This document shows, in pieces, positions 38,109 to 47,659 of a stretch of DNA of 64,000 nt (position 1 is the first letter of the stretch; every line of letters begins with the position of its first letter). Location of the stretch: NCBI GenBank assembly GCA_965248265.1, contig CBDFJF010000001.1:2592001-2656000 (forward strand), given 5' to 3'. The stretch is from Candidatus Latescibacterota bacterium (GTDB taxonomy: Bacteria > Latescibacterota > UBA2968 > UBA8231). Made by a program: the position numbers and the translations under genes. The notes beneath the pieces were generated by a model, which worked only from the letters and a program-made list of their open reading frames with translations, made no database searches and was not told where the DNA came from.

Positions 38109-38705
38109 CTACAGCGATCCTTTGGTCGAGGGAACACCCTGAACTCGGGGCGAGTGCAGGGAAGCCGAGTCGAGAGCACGGCCAAAGGCTTTGAAGATCG
38201 CCTCAATGCCGTGGTGATTATTGGCCACGCGCAGCAGATCAATGTGGATGTTGGCGTTGCCGTGATCAGCCACCGCACGAAAGAATTCCACTACCAGACC
38301 CGCTGGGAATTCACCAACAGCGGCCTCGTCAAAGGGTGGCTCGAGAACCAGGTACGAACGTCCGGACAAGTCGATGACAACGCGCGCCAGGGCGTCATCC
38401 ATCGGCACGTAGGCGTGACCGAAACGGGTGATTCCCTCCTTATTGCCGAGCGCCTTGTCGACGGCCTGACCCAGGCAGATGCCGACATCCTCGACGGTGT
38501 GGTGTTGATCAACCTGGAGATCGCCCTTGCATCGCAGCTGCAGATCGAAGCATCCGTGCCGCGCGAAGGCGGTGAGCATGTGGTCGAAGAAACCGATGCC
38601 GGTGTCGATGTCGGAACTGCCGCTGCCGTCGAGCACGAACGCGAGCTCGATATCCGTCTCGGAGGTGGCGCGGTTGATCTGCGCGCTGCGTTGCTGTGTG
38701 CTCAT
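38109..38705 (-). CDS. hisB: Imidazoleglycerol-phosphate dehydratase
   Basis: TGIGFFDHML, DQHHTVED, PMDD and NNHHGIEAIFKA. Confidence 0.96.
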   Translation of the reverse strand: MSTQQRSAQINRATSETDIELAFVLDGSGSSDIDTGIGFFDHMLTAFARHGCFDLQLRCKGDLQVDQHHTVEDVGICLGQAVDKALGNKEGITRFGHAYVPMDDALARVVIDLSGRSYLVLEPPFDEAAVGEFPAGLVVEFFRAVADHGNANIHIDLLRVANNHHGIEAIFKAFGRALDSASLHSPRVQGVPSTKGSL

Positions 38706-40036
38706 TCCTTGCTCCCGTACTTGTCGAGCCTGATCTGCACGGCGCGAGCGTGACCTTCGAGATCCTCAGCTCTGGCCATGCGCATTATTTTTTGGCCGGT
38801 TTGACGAAGCTTGTTCGGTGTGTAGTGGACGACGCTGGTCGTTTTGACGAAGTCGCTCAATCCCAGCGAAGACGCGTACCTCGCGGCCCCGTTGGTCGGC
38901 AATACGTGATTGGTGCCGGCGAAGTAATCCCCTACCGGCTCGGTCGATGCTTCACCGAGAAAGACAGCGCCCGCGTTCACGACCCGTTCGTGCACGGACC
39001 AAGGATCGTTGACGTGGAGCTCGACATGCTCAGGTGCCAGTCGATTCACCAGGTCGACACCCGTTGTCAGATCGGCGACGACGACGACAGCCCCATAGGA
39101 GACCAGGGCCCGCTCGATCGCGTCCGCGCGAGGCAATTGTGCCGCCTGCACTGCGACTTCATCCACCACGTGTTGGGCTAGCTCGGGCGAGGTCGTAATG
39201 CACACGGCTGCCTCCAGCCCGGAACCGTGCTCGGCCTGCGACAACAGATCGGCGGCGATGAACTGCGGATTCGCGCTGTCATCCGCCAGAACGACGATTT
39301 CTGAGGGCCCCGGGATCATCTCGATGCCGACGATGCCGAAGACCTGTCGCTTGGCCTCTACCGTGTAGGCTCCACCAGGACCGACGATCTTGTCGACTGA
39401 CGGAATGGTCTGGGTGCCGTATGCGAGCGCGGCGATAGCCTGGGCACCGCCGATGGCATACAGTTCGTCGATCCCCAGCAGCGCCGCCGTAGCCAGCAGG
39501 TCGGGGTGTGGAAGTCCGTTCTTCTGAGGCGGCGTCACGACACATATTTGTGCGACCCCCGCGACCTTTGCCGGTACCACCGTCATCAGCAAGGTCGACA
39601 GCAGCGGGGCCTCGCCGCCAGGCACGCAAACGCCGACGCGACGCAACGGCAGCACCCGCTTCCCCAGCGTGACTCCGTCCGCGTCTTCGATTCTCCAGGA
39701 TTCGGTGCGCTGGCGCTCGTGGAATCGCTCGATGTTTCCGGCAGCCTCTTTCAGGGCCTGCTCGAGTTCGGCGTCCATGGCCTTGTCGGCATCATCGAGT
39801 GCTTTCTGCGGCACCCGGAAACGGCCCGGAGTCAGACTGACACCATCGAAGCGGGCCGTAAACTCAGCGATCGCCTCGTCTCCGCGCGCTCGCACCTGCG
39901 ACAGAATCTCGCGGACACCGTTTTCGACTTCGCTTCCCCCGGCAACACTGGTGCGTCGCTGCAGAATCGCTGTCAGACGCTCTGGAACAGGAGCCGTATC
40001 TCCCTCATAGGACACTATCTCGAGTAACGGCTTCAC
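38702..40036 (-). CDS. hisD: Histidinol dehydrogenase
   Basis: GGAQAIAALAYG, DKIVGPG, GPSE, DLLSQAEH, APEH and GTNHVLPT. Confidence 0.96.
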   Translation of the reverse strand: MKPLLEIVSYEGDTAPVPERLTAILQRRTSVAGGSEVENGVREILSQVRARGDEAIAEFTARFDGVSLTPGRFRVPQKALDDADKAMDAELEQALKEAAGNIERFHERQRTESWRIEDADGVTLGKRVLPLRRVGVCVPGGEAPLLSTLLMTVVPAKVAGVAQICVVTPPQKNGLPHPDLLATAALLGIDELYAIGGAQAIAALAYGTQTIPSVDKIVGPGGAYTVEAKRQVFGIVGIEMIPGPSEIVVLADDSANPQFIAADLLSQAEHGSGLEAAVCITTSPELAQHVVDEVAVQAAQLPRADAIERALVSYGAVVVVADLTTGVDLVNRLAPEHVELHVNDPWSVHERVVNAGAVFLGEASTEPVGDYFAGTNHVLPTNGAARYASSLGLSDFVKTTSVVHYTPNKLRQTGQKIMRMARAEDLEGHARAVQIRLDKYGSKE

Positions 40037-40047
40037 TCGGCGGTCTC

Positions 40048-40944
40048 TCAGTACACTACTTTATTGAGAGGGTATTCGATGATTCCTTCGGCACCACTGC
40101 CCTTCAGTTGAGGAATCAGATCCCGCACGATGTGCTCGTCGGCGATGATCTCGAGCGCTACCCAGTCCTCATCTACCTGACTCGAAATGGTCGGGGTGTG
40201 CAGGGCGGGGAGGCTGCCCATGACCTCATCCAACCGCGCCTTTGGCACGTTCATCTTCAAGCCGACCTTGTTCTCTGCCTCACGAGCGCCGCGCAGGAGC
40301 ATGAGCAGGTTTTGGGCCTTTTGCTTCTTCCAGTCGTCTTCCCAGGCCTGGCGGTTGGCGATGAATCTCGTCGTCGACTCGAACATCGTCTCGACGATCC
40401 GTAGCCGGTTGGCGCGAAGGGAATTGCCGGTCTCGGTGCCGTCGACGATGGCGTCGGCGACGCCGGGAATCCCCGCCTTCACCTCCGTCGTCCCCCAGGA
40501 GTACTCCACTTCAGCTTCGACGCCGTGCTCCTCTAGAAAGCGCCGGGTGGCACCGACCAGTTCGCTGACAATGCGCTTGCCCTGCAGATCCTTGACGGAG
40601 CGGATGGGTGAATCCTCCGGCACGGCGATCACCCACCGGTAGGGGCGCGTCGACGCCTTGCTATAGAGCAACTCGTCTATCTCGACGACGTCGGCGGCGC
40701 TTTCAAGGATCCAGTCCTTACCAGTAATACCCACGTCCAGGACGCCACGCTCGACGTAATGGGCAATCTCCTGGGCCCGAAACATCAAGCCGGCCAGCTC
40801 CGGGTCATCGATGTCCGGCTCGTAGGATCGTGGCGCCAGCCGCAGCTTGTATCCTGCTCGTTCCATCAATTTGAAGGTGGCATCCTGCAGACTCCCCGAG
40901 GGAATGCCTACCGTAAGGACTCGCTCGCTCTTTGTCGGTTTCAA
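40048..40944 (-). CDS. hisG: ATP phosphoribosyltransferase (long form)
   Basis: IPSGSL, RAQEI, DVGITGKDW, ETGNSLRAN and a C-terminal regulatory domain (PALHTPTIS..GAEGIIEYP). Confidence 0.95.
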   Translation of the reverse strand: MKPTKSERVLTVGIPSGSLQDATFKLMERAGYKLRLAPRSYEPDIDDPELAGLMFRAQEIAHYVERGVLDVGITGKDWILESAADVVEIDELLYSKASTRPYRWVIAVPEDSPIRSVKDLQGKRIVSELVGATRRFLEEHGVEAEVEYSWGTTEVKAGIPGVADAIVDGTETGNSLRANRLRIVETMFESTTRFIANRQAWEDDWKKQKAQNLLMLLRGAREAENKVGLKMNVPKARLDEVMGSLPALHTPTISSQVDEDWVALEIIADEHIVRDLIPQLKGSGAEGIIEYPLNKVVY

Positions 40945-40959
40945 GGTCTCACTAATCTT

Positions 40960-41958
40960 TCAGGTTTGAGGAGGCGCACTGACCCCGAGATTTTCCAGGA
41001 CCCGTCGAGCCTCCCGTCTGTCTTCCTCGGTGCCGTGCTCGAGCACCCGCAGCGTTGGAATGGCTTCCTCGGCCTCCATCATTTCCAACGAACGCACGGC
41101 CTTGGTGCGTATACTCTGTCGCGGCTCAGCGATGGCATCCAGCAACGCCTTGATGATGAGGTCACGGCGGACGCCCTGTGCCGCACCCTGGGAGTGCGGG
41201 ACACGTCCACTACCGATCTGCCCCAGCGCCTGCACGGCGACATATCGGACTTCTGGCTCGGGATCTCTGGACAGCCGAATCACCGGATCCAACGCCTTCG
41301 GGAAGCCGAATTCGTGCATCGATTGCAGCGCCGCGATGCGAACCTTGGTTACGTCGTCGTCGAACGCCGCCAAAACCGCGGCATGCACCGAATCGGTGGT
41401 CGATGCGAGCAGTGTATCGGTGTAGCACAGACCCAATGCACGAATCACTTCCGCCCGCAGATCGCGAGCGATCTCTCCTGTGTACGGCAGCAACGCCGGC
41501 ACGGCTTCCGGTGCCCGCATCTCCCCCAGTCCCCAGGCGGCCAGTGCGGCGACATTGGCCGAACGATCATTCAGCGCATGAATGAGAATGGGCACCGCGC
41601 GACGGTCGCGCAGGCGACCGAGTAGCCGAACCGACTCGAAACGAGCGGTGGTGTAACCGGATCCGACTTCCTGTATCAGCCGGGGGACGATTTCGTCCCC
41701 GTATCGCATCAGCTTGCCTGCCGCCCTTTCCCTGACTTCCCTCTGCTGACTTTTTAGAAGAGCGATGTGCGGCTCGGGAGAAGGACGCCCGCAGGTGGCC
41801 AGAGCGAATACCACAGCCCCAGCAACACAGATTCCGATACTGGGAACGCGTCGCCGAGGGCGCGTCCAAAGACACGCAATTGACACGGTTGTCGGGGGTC
41901 TCTCCACCATCAGCAATGCATCCTTCGGCCGCCTCGATCCGGTAAGACCCAATAGCAT
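40960..41958 (-). CDS. HEAT-repeat protein, possibly a lipoprotein
   Basis: Repeated HEAT/PBS motifs (AVPILIHALND..V..AAWGLG, DPEPEVRYVAVQALG); lipobox-like VFALATC. Start uncertain. Confidence 0.78.
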   Translation of the reverse strand: MLLGLTGSRRPKDALLMVERPPTTVSIACLWTRPRRRVPSIGICVAGAVVFALATCGRPSPEPHIALLKSQQREVRERAAGKLMRYGDEIVPRLIQEVGSGYTTARFESVRLLGRLRDRRAVPILIHALNDRSANVAALAAWGLGEMRAPEAVPALLPYTGEIARDLRAEVIRALGLCYTDTLLASTTDSVHAAVLAAFDDDVTKVRIAALQSMHEFGFPKALDPVIRLSRDPEPEVRYVAVQALGQIGSGRVPHSQGAAQGVRRDLIIKALLDAIAEPRQSIRTKAVRSLEMMEAEEAIPTLRVLEHGTEEDRREARRVLENLGVSAPPQT

Positions 41959-42069
41959 GTAAAGTATAAATAATTCACAGAGTTCCGTCCATTTAGCGAA
42001 CTCCTGAGGAAGGTGTTTTTGAGGCGGAAACCTGCCGTGTCATGGAGAGTCTATGGGGTCGAACGCACA

Positions 42070-42098
42070 TTGACAACAGATTCCTCGCCGTCTAGCGT
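42070..42098 (+). promoter_or_regulatory. Sigma70-type promoter for the TPR-rdgB operon
   Basis: TTGACA, 17 bp, TAGCGT. Confidence 0.5.
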
Positions 42099-42130
42099 TT
42101 CCAGACACCCTGACAAGGAATTATTGATCC

Positions 42131-43216
42131 ATGATGGTATTGTGCTGGCTTGTCTTGCTCGCTGTTCCCTGCGCCTCTTTTTCTCAGACATCAAGCCAAT
42201 CACCCGGTCCTGATCCGGTGGCCATCACCCACTATGCCGCCGGCCTCGATCTGTTGAAAGCCAGGAAGTTCCGCAACGCCGCCCTGGAATTCACCCAAGC
42301 CACGGTATCCGATTCGACCTACGGCGACGCCTTCTTTGCGTTGGGCAAGACCTCCGTCACGCTCAATCAATACGACAAGGCGGTTGGGGCGTATGAGACT
42401 GCGAAGCGAGTCGGGGTTTCTCGTCCCCAGACTCAGCAGCTAATACCAGGGCTGCTCGCTGACGCCTACCGTCGTTGGGGCGTGGCATCGTACGGCAAGC
42501 GAGACTACCAGCAGGCGATTGCTGCGCTGGAAAAGGCGCTGGAGTACGGCGACACCGATCCGGCCCTCCACTACACCCTGGCACTGTGTTATGGAGGGCT
42601 GCGTGAGACGGATTTGGAACGCACCGCTCTTGCTCGAGCGGTCGAGTTGGATCCGACCTACACCAAGGCCCACAAAGCCCTCGGTGACCTGCACCGGCGG
42701 CAGCGAGACCTGCGCTCGTCCGCTGCGGCCTACCGACACGCCATCGCCCTCGACTCAACCTACATGGAGGCCCACGGGGGGTTGGCTCGAGTCGAAGTCG
42801 ACAGCGAAGACTTCGCTGCGGCCGAGAACACACTGCAGCGGGCCTTGCTCATCGATGACAGCTTCGCCTACGGATTCCTCATGCTCGGCCACACCATGAA
42901 TCAACTCAGCCGCTACCACGAGGCCATCGAACCGTTGCGCCGAAGCATCGACCTGGAGCGGGACAACTGGGAAGGGCACTATCGACTGGCGGAGGCGTAT
43001 TACGGCACCGGGGATTACCGCAAGGCGATCGAGGCCGGCAAGTCGGCACTAGCCAACAAGCGGAACGCGCATGCTGCACAGGTGATCATGGCGGACTCCT
43101 ACGGAAAACTCGACATGAGAAGTGACGCCCGAACCTGGTACCTGAAGGCCGCCCAGGACAGCCGCTTCAAAGACTACTGCAACTTCAAACTCGAAGAGCT
43201 CGCCGAACACCCTTGA
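42131..43216 (+). CDS. Secreted tetratricopeptide-repeat protein
   Basis: Signal peptide followed by about 8 TPR units (AVELDPTYTKAHKALG etc.). Confidence 0.85.
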   Translation: MMVLCWLVLLAVPCASFSQTSSQSPGPDPVAITHYAAGLDLLKARKFRNAALEFTQATVSDSTYGDAFFALGKTSVTLNQYDKAVGAYETAKRVGVSRPQTQQLIPGLLADAYRRWGVASYGKRDYQQAIAALEKALEYGDTDPALHYTLALCYGGLRETDLERTALARAVELDPTYTKAHKALGDLHRRQRDLRSSAAAYRHAIALDSTYMEAHGGLARVEVDSEDFAAAENTLQRALLIDDSFAYGFLMLGHTMNQLSRYHEAIEPLRRSIDLERDNWEGHYRLAEAYYGTGDYRKAIEAGKSALANKRNAHAAQVIMADSYGKLDMRSDARTWYLKAAQDSRFKDYCNFKLEELAEHP

Positions 43217-43815
43217 ACCTGCTATTGGCCACCAACAACCGCGGCAAGCTGGCCGAGTTCGAGCGTCTGCTGGCGCCCATCCGCTTGACGACTCCCGATG
43301 AAATCGGCCTTCAGTTAACGATAATCGAAAACGGAAAGACCTTCACCGACAACGCCACTCTCAAAGCCCATGCCTTCGCCGATGCTTCGGGTTCGATCGC
43401 GCTTGCGGATGATTCAGGACTGGAGGTGGATGGTCTTGACGGAGCGCCGGGGGTTCATTCAGCGCGCTACGGAGGAGAGGATCTCGACGACGCAGGACGT
43501 TGCCGGCTTCTGCTGCGCAACCTCGGCCATACCCAACGACGGGAAGATCGCACGGCGCGCTTTCGCTGCTGCCTGGTCGCTGTCGCTCCGGACGGACGGT
43601 CTTGCTCCGCGGAGGGCTGTTGTGAGGGGTTTATCGCCGATACAGCAGCCGGCGACAAGGGCTTCGGCTACGATCCCGTATTCTTTGTGCCGGGTTTCGG
43701 GCGCACGATGGCCGAGCTCAACCCCGCGGACAAAGATTCCGTCAGCCACAGGGCTCAGGCCCTGGAAGCGTTGTTACCTGTATTGAAAGCCACGTTTCCA
43801 GAGCTGGAAACGTAG
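43213..43815 (+). CDS. rdgB: dITP/XTP pyrophosphatase (RdgB/HAM1)
   Basis: ATNNRGK, ADDSGL, APGVHSAR, GFGYDPVF and SHR. Confidence 0.93.
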   Translation: MNLLLATNNRGKLAEFERLLAPIRLTTPDEIGLQLTIIENGKTFTDNATLKAHAFADASGSIALADDSGLEVDGLDGAPGVHSARYGGEDLDDAGRCRLLLRNLGHTQRREDRTARFRCCLVAVAPDGRSCSAEGCCEGFIADTAAGDKGFGYDPVFFVPGFGRTMAELNPADKDSVSHRAQALEALLPVLKATFPELET

Positions 43816-43947
43816 GCGCGAGAGGTTGCCAGGTAAGGTAGTACCCCGAGCGTCAATCCATCAAGTCGTCGTCGTTGCGCTCGAGCAGTGAGCCGAACAG
43901 CAGGATTCCCGAAATCAAGCCAGCGATGAGACCGATGAGAAAGCGGG

Positions 43948-44265
43948 TCATGGCCCTTGCGGTCCGTTTGGGCTGAAGCCCAAGTGCATGATCTGTCTTA
44001 GTTCTTCTTCCTTTTCCCGTACGTCTGCCTTGAAACGATCAATCTGCTGCTGCAGGGTGACCAGGGAGACGTCACCATCCAGCTCCCCGTTTTTGAGGCG
44101 CCCGTACACCTCCTCGCCCAACTCCGCATAGGTTGCGCGCAGACGCCGGCGCGTGGCAGCCATGTCGGCGCGAACCTTGAGGGCCTGGCCGATTACCTTG
44201 CCGCGTTCGGCGACATCGGCCAACCGCTCCTTGAGCGTATCAGTTAGCTGCTTTTTCGTCCCCAT
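43948..44265 (-). CDS. Hypothetical helical coiled-coil protein (105 aa)
   Basis: ATG 44265 (MGTKKQL), YAELGEEVY motif; overlaps the YtxH gene. Confidence 0.65.
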   Translation of the reverse strand: MGTKKQLTDTLKERLADVAERGKVIGQALKVRADMAATRRRLRATYAELGEEVYGRLKNGELDGDVSLVTLQQQIDRFKADVREKEEELRQIMHLGFSPNGPQGP

Positions 44266-44497
44266 TGTGATCTTCTTCCTGTCTGCGATGGACCATAAGG
44301 TCCTCCACCTTCTCCACCACCTGCTCCTTCGTCGCCTCGGCCTTTTTTGCAATCTTGCGCCGGGTGATGTCTCCTCGATGGGGTGCCATCAACAGACCCA
44401 AAGCACCACCGATCATGATTCCGGCGACGCAGCCTGCCAAAAATCCGACGAATTGGCCATTCTGTTGGTTCCCTGAATTGGTCTTGCGGTAGTACAT
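44240..44497 (-). CDS. YtxH-domain protein
   Basis: FLAGCVAGIMIGGALGLLMAPHRGDITRRKI is the YtxH signature; AGGAG SD before ATG 44497. Confidence 0.82.
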   Translation of the reverse strand: MYYRKTNSGNQQNGQFVGFLAGCVAGIMIGGALGLLMAPHRGDITRRKIAKKAEATKEQVVEKVEDLMVHRRQEEDHNGDEKAAN

Positions 44498-44684
44498 GGT
44501 CTCTCGACTCCTCGCTCGTGGCAAATGGACGGCGGCAACAGCCGCCTCACAGGACTGTCCCCTTCTGGTCATGTGACATGATAATATACTCGACACGGGT
44601 TTGGGTAAAACGGCTCGAGAGTGTATTTTCAAAATCCTCAACTCCCCGGCCCAGGTCATCTACCAACGTAAGGATGCCGAACCC

Positions 44685-46166
44685 ATGGCCACCGTGTTGG
44701 ACCAATCTTCCATCAGCCTTAGAGAATTCCGCATTCTGCCCGGGTTCACTCCACCCGACGGCAATGCCCTCAACGTCGATCTGAATACCAAACTGTGCCG
44801 CAACGGTGCACAATTCCTTCACCTGCGGATGCCCTTGCTAAGTGCGGCCATGCAGGCGGTCACTGGCACCGAGATGGCCATCGCCGTCGCTCAACTCGGG
44901 GGCATCGGTATCCTACCGGTGAGTCAGACCATCGAGGATCAGTGCGAGAAAATCGACCGGGTGAAACGGTTCAAGGCCGGCTTCCAGACCAACATCACGA
45001 GCTTGTCTCCACGCCATACCATCGGCCGGGTCATCGAGATCATCGAGGAGACCGGGTATTCGACTTTTCCGGTCACCGATTCGGGTTCCTTCCACGGCAA
45101 GCTATTGGGAATCATCACCGACAAAGACTTCGACGTACGCCGTGACCACGCCTGCACCGTGGAGGAGCGCATGCGCACGGATGTACAGGCTGGCATCGAC
45201 ATCGCCGACCTCGGGGAAGCCAATGAACTGATGATTCGCTACGGACGCGGTTTCCTGCCCATCATCGACGGCGATGGCATGTTGCGGTCCGTGGTCTTCA
45301 AGAAGGATCTGGACAAACACCTGCAGCACCCGAATGAGTCCATCGACGGCAAGAAGCGCCTGCTGGTAGGAGCCGCCATATCGACTCATCCCGAGGATCG
45401 AGACCGCGTGCAGTGCCTGGTCGAGCACGAGGCCGACGTCCTCGTCATCGATGCTTCGGACGGCCACACGCATTTCCAGAGGCAGATGCTGGAATGGATC
45501 AAATCGACCCACAGTATTCCCGTCATCGGCGGCAATATCGTAACGGAGAAGGGCTTCAGGTTTCTGGTAGAAGCAGGAGCCGACGCCGTCAAAGTCGGCA
45601 TGGGTATCGGTTCGGGTTGCACGACACAGGAAGTCAAGGCAACGGGGCGCGGCCAGGGTTCGACGCTGATGGAGATCTGCGGCGTTCGCGACGAAATGGT
45701 GCGACAGGGCGCGCCTTACATACCGATTATCGCTGACGGCGGAATGAGTGGGCCGGGCGAGATGTCGGTGGCCCTGGCCCTGGGTGCCGATGCCTTGATG
45801 ATGGGGAATTTCTTCGCCCGCTATACCGAGAGCGAGGGCAACCTGGTGCGCAACGCCCGGGGAGAAGTTGTTAAGGAATACTGGATGGAGGGCAGTGCCA
45901 AGGCCCGTAACACCCGACGTTACGCACAGCTCAAGGATCTATTTTTCGAGGAGGGGATCACCGGCTACGTACCACATTCCGGCTCGATCTACGAAAAGCT
46001 GCCATTGATTCTGCAAATGCTGCGCTCCACCTTGGCCACGGCTGGTTGCCGCTCCATCGATGAGCTACACAACAATTCGGTCCTGGAAAAGCAATCGCCA
46101 TCCGCGCTCATGGACAGCGACGTCCACGACATGGTGCCGATGAACGTCGATCAACAGATTCTGTAG
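44685..46166 (+). CDS. guaB: IMP dehydrogenase
   Basis: PLLSAAMQAV, a CBS pair, IDASDG, catalytic loop KVGMGIGSGCTT, IIADGG and EYWMEGS. Start set at ATG 44685. Confidence 0.88.
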   Translation: MATVLDQSSISLREFRILPGFTPPDGNALNVDLNTKLCRNGAQFLHLRMPLLSAAMQAVTGTEMAIAVAQLGGIGILPVSQTIEDQCEKIDRVKRFKAGFQTNITSLSPRHTIGRVIEIIEETGYSTFPVTDSGSFHGKLLGIITDKDFDVRRDHACTVEERMRTDVQAGIDIADLGEANELMIRYGRGFLPIIDGDGMLRSVVFKKDLDKHLQHPNESIDGKKRLLVGAAISTHPEDRDRVQCLVEHEADVLVIDASDGHTHFQRQMLEWIKSTHSIPVIGGNIVTEKGFRFLVEAGADAVKVGMGIGSGCTTQEVKATGRGQGSTLMEICGVRDEMVRQGAPYIPIIADGGMSGPGEMSVALALGADALMMGNFFARYTESEGNLVRNARGEVVKEYWMEGSAKARNTRRYAQLKDLFFEEGITGYVPHSGSIYEKLPLILQMLRSTLATAGCRSIDELHNNSVLEKQSPSALMDSDVHDMVPMNVDQQIL

Positions 46167-46340
46167 CATCCTGGGCTTCACCCCTACACCATCCTCATGA
46201 TCAAAACGAGGCGCCCAGCTACCGTCTCGAGTGGACCCCGTTCGGGGGATCACCCCGGAGCACAGACGGAAGATGTCAAGCGGGTTTTGCCTCCCATTCC
46301 GACGATGAATACCCGGTGTCTATCTCTAATGGGTTGACTG

Positions 46341-46751
46341 TTACTGCTCATAGACGAACTGCCGCAATTTCCGCTCGATTTCATCCCGCACGCGCCTGAA
46401 AACGGATAGGCGCTCCTCGGTCGATCCAGTCGCGGCGGCAGGATCATCCAAGCTCCAGTGTAGTCGTTCACCGTCCCCGGGGAAAACAGGACAGGTCTCC
46501 TCAGCCCGATCACAGACCGTGATCGCGAAATCGAAATCCCGTTGCGCGTACAGATCGATACTCTCCGATTTGTGGCCGGAGATATCGATGCCGATTTCGT
46601 CCATTACCTGTACTGCGAGCGGGTTGAGTCCGTGCGGATCGGTCCCCGCGCTGAACGCCTCGAAACAGTCGTTTCCCAGAAACCTCAGCCAGCCTTCGGC
46701 CATTTGGCTGCGGCACGAGTTACCCGTGCACACGAAGATTACGCGATTCAT
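46341..46751 (-). CDS. arsC: Thioredoxin-dependent arsenate reductase (LMW-PTP fold)
   Basis: P-loop CTGNSCRSQMAEG, both resolving Cys (ITVCDRAEETCPVFPG) and DDP. Confidence 0.88.
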   Translation of the reverse strand: MNRVIFVCTGNSCRSQMAEGWLRFLGNDCFEAFSAGTDPHGLNPLAVQVMDEIGIDISGHKSESIDLYAQRDFDFAITVCDRAEETCPVFPGDGERLHWSLDDPAAATGSTEERLSVFRRVRDEIERKLRQFVYEQ

Positions 46752-46771
46752 CTGCTTCCCGTCGCGCTAAC

Positions 46772-46820
46772 AAAAAACAAATACGGCGGCCTCCCCGATG
46801 CGGAGAGAACCGCCGTATTT
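46772..46820 (-). terminator. Rho-independent terminator after the aquaporin gene
   Basis: AAATACGGCGG...CCGCCGTATTT stem followed by GTTTTTT on the minus strand. Confidence 0.75.
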
Positions 46821-46849
46821 CTAACCCATCTACAGCTTGTGTGTGCGTT

Positions 46850-47494
46850 CTAGTCGCCGTCTTTCAGCAAAACCCGATAGAGTATTCCCGCCACGGCGGC
46901 GCCCAAAAGCGTACCGACCAGATAGATCCAGAACTGATCCATGGTCCCCGTGAACACCGCGGGACCCAATGTGCGCGCCGGATTCACAGAGGCTCCCGTA
47001 AGGGGACCCCCCATGAGAATGCAGAAGGAGAGCGTCAATCCGATTGGAATGGGGGCGAAGTCCCCGATCTTGCCCCTGACTGCCGTGTTCAAGATGGTAT
47101 TGACCAGGAAGAATGCCAGGATGGCTTCCAACAACAGTCCCTGCGTCGGCGATACGCCATCGGCCAGCACGGTAGCACCCAGATTCGAGTCACTGCCCCC
47201 GAGGACGCAATACAAAGCGGCCGCTCCTGCGATGCCTCCGATCGCCTGAGCGATCCAGTATACGATGACTTTGCCGAATTCGATTTCCCCGGCGACGAAC
47301 AAACCGAACGTCACCGCGGGATTGATGTGGCTGCCGGAATGATGACCATACGCGAAGGCAAACGCCATCACCACTAGCCCGTGTGCCAACGCCGCACCTA
47401 CGACTCCACCCACGCCGACGGCAACGGCTCCTGCGCCGATGAAAATCAGGCTGAACGTGCCGATCATCTCTGCGACGAACGCTTTCGAATTCAT
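46850..47494 (-). CDS. MIP-family channel (aquaporin)
   Basis: AEMIGTF, SGSHINPAVT and GASVNPARTLGPA; six TMs. Confidence 0.93.
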   Translation of the reverse strand: MNSKAFVAEMIGTFSLIFIGAGAVAVGVGGVVGAALAHGLVVMAFAFAYGHHSGSHINPAVTFGLFVAGEIEFGKVIVYWIAQAIGGIAGAAALYCVLGGSDSNLGATVLADGVSPTQGLLLEAILAFFLVNTILNTAVRGKIGDFAPIPIGLTLSFCILMGGPLTGASVNPARTLGPAVFTGTMDQFWIYLVGTLLGAAVAGILYRVLLKDGD

Positions 47495-47558
47495 TGGCCT
47501 TCCTTCCCGGATTTCTGTTGGGTCCTTTTCAAGTTGCAGGAAATGCCTGCCGGCTCAA

Positions 47559-47587
47559 TGTATAGCGCCGCTCCAATAACCTGTCAA
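47559..47587 (-). promoter_or_regulatory. Sigma70-type promoter for the aquaporin gene
   Basis: TTGACA, 17 bp, TATACA. Confidence 0.55.
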
Positions 47588-47659
47588 GCATATACAGGGC
47601 CCAATGGCGGATGTAGGTGTTTGTATATTTGGCTTGAATTCAACCCGGAGCGACGCCCT

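Noticed and set aside
44575-44684. Purine riboswitch upstream of guaB
   Set aside because: A stem is present, but the conserved UAUAA / GUUUCUAC / CCGUAAA junction motifs are absent.
46341-46751. LMW-PTP as the YwlE-type arginine phosphatase partnering McsB
   Set aside because: It has CTGNSCRS plus both ArsC resolving cysteines (C..x6..CP), which fits thioredoxin-coupled ArsC rather than YwlE (CTGNTCRS).
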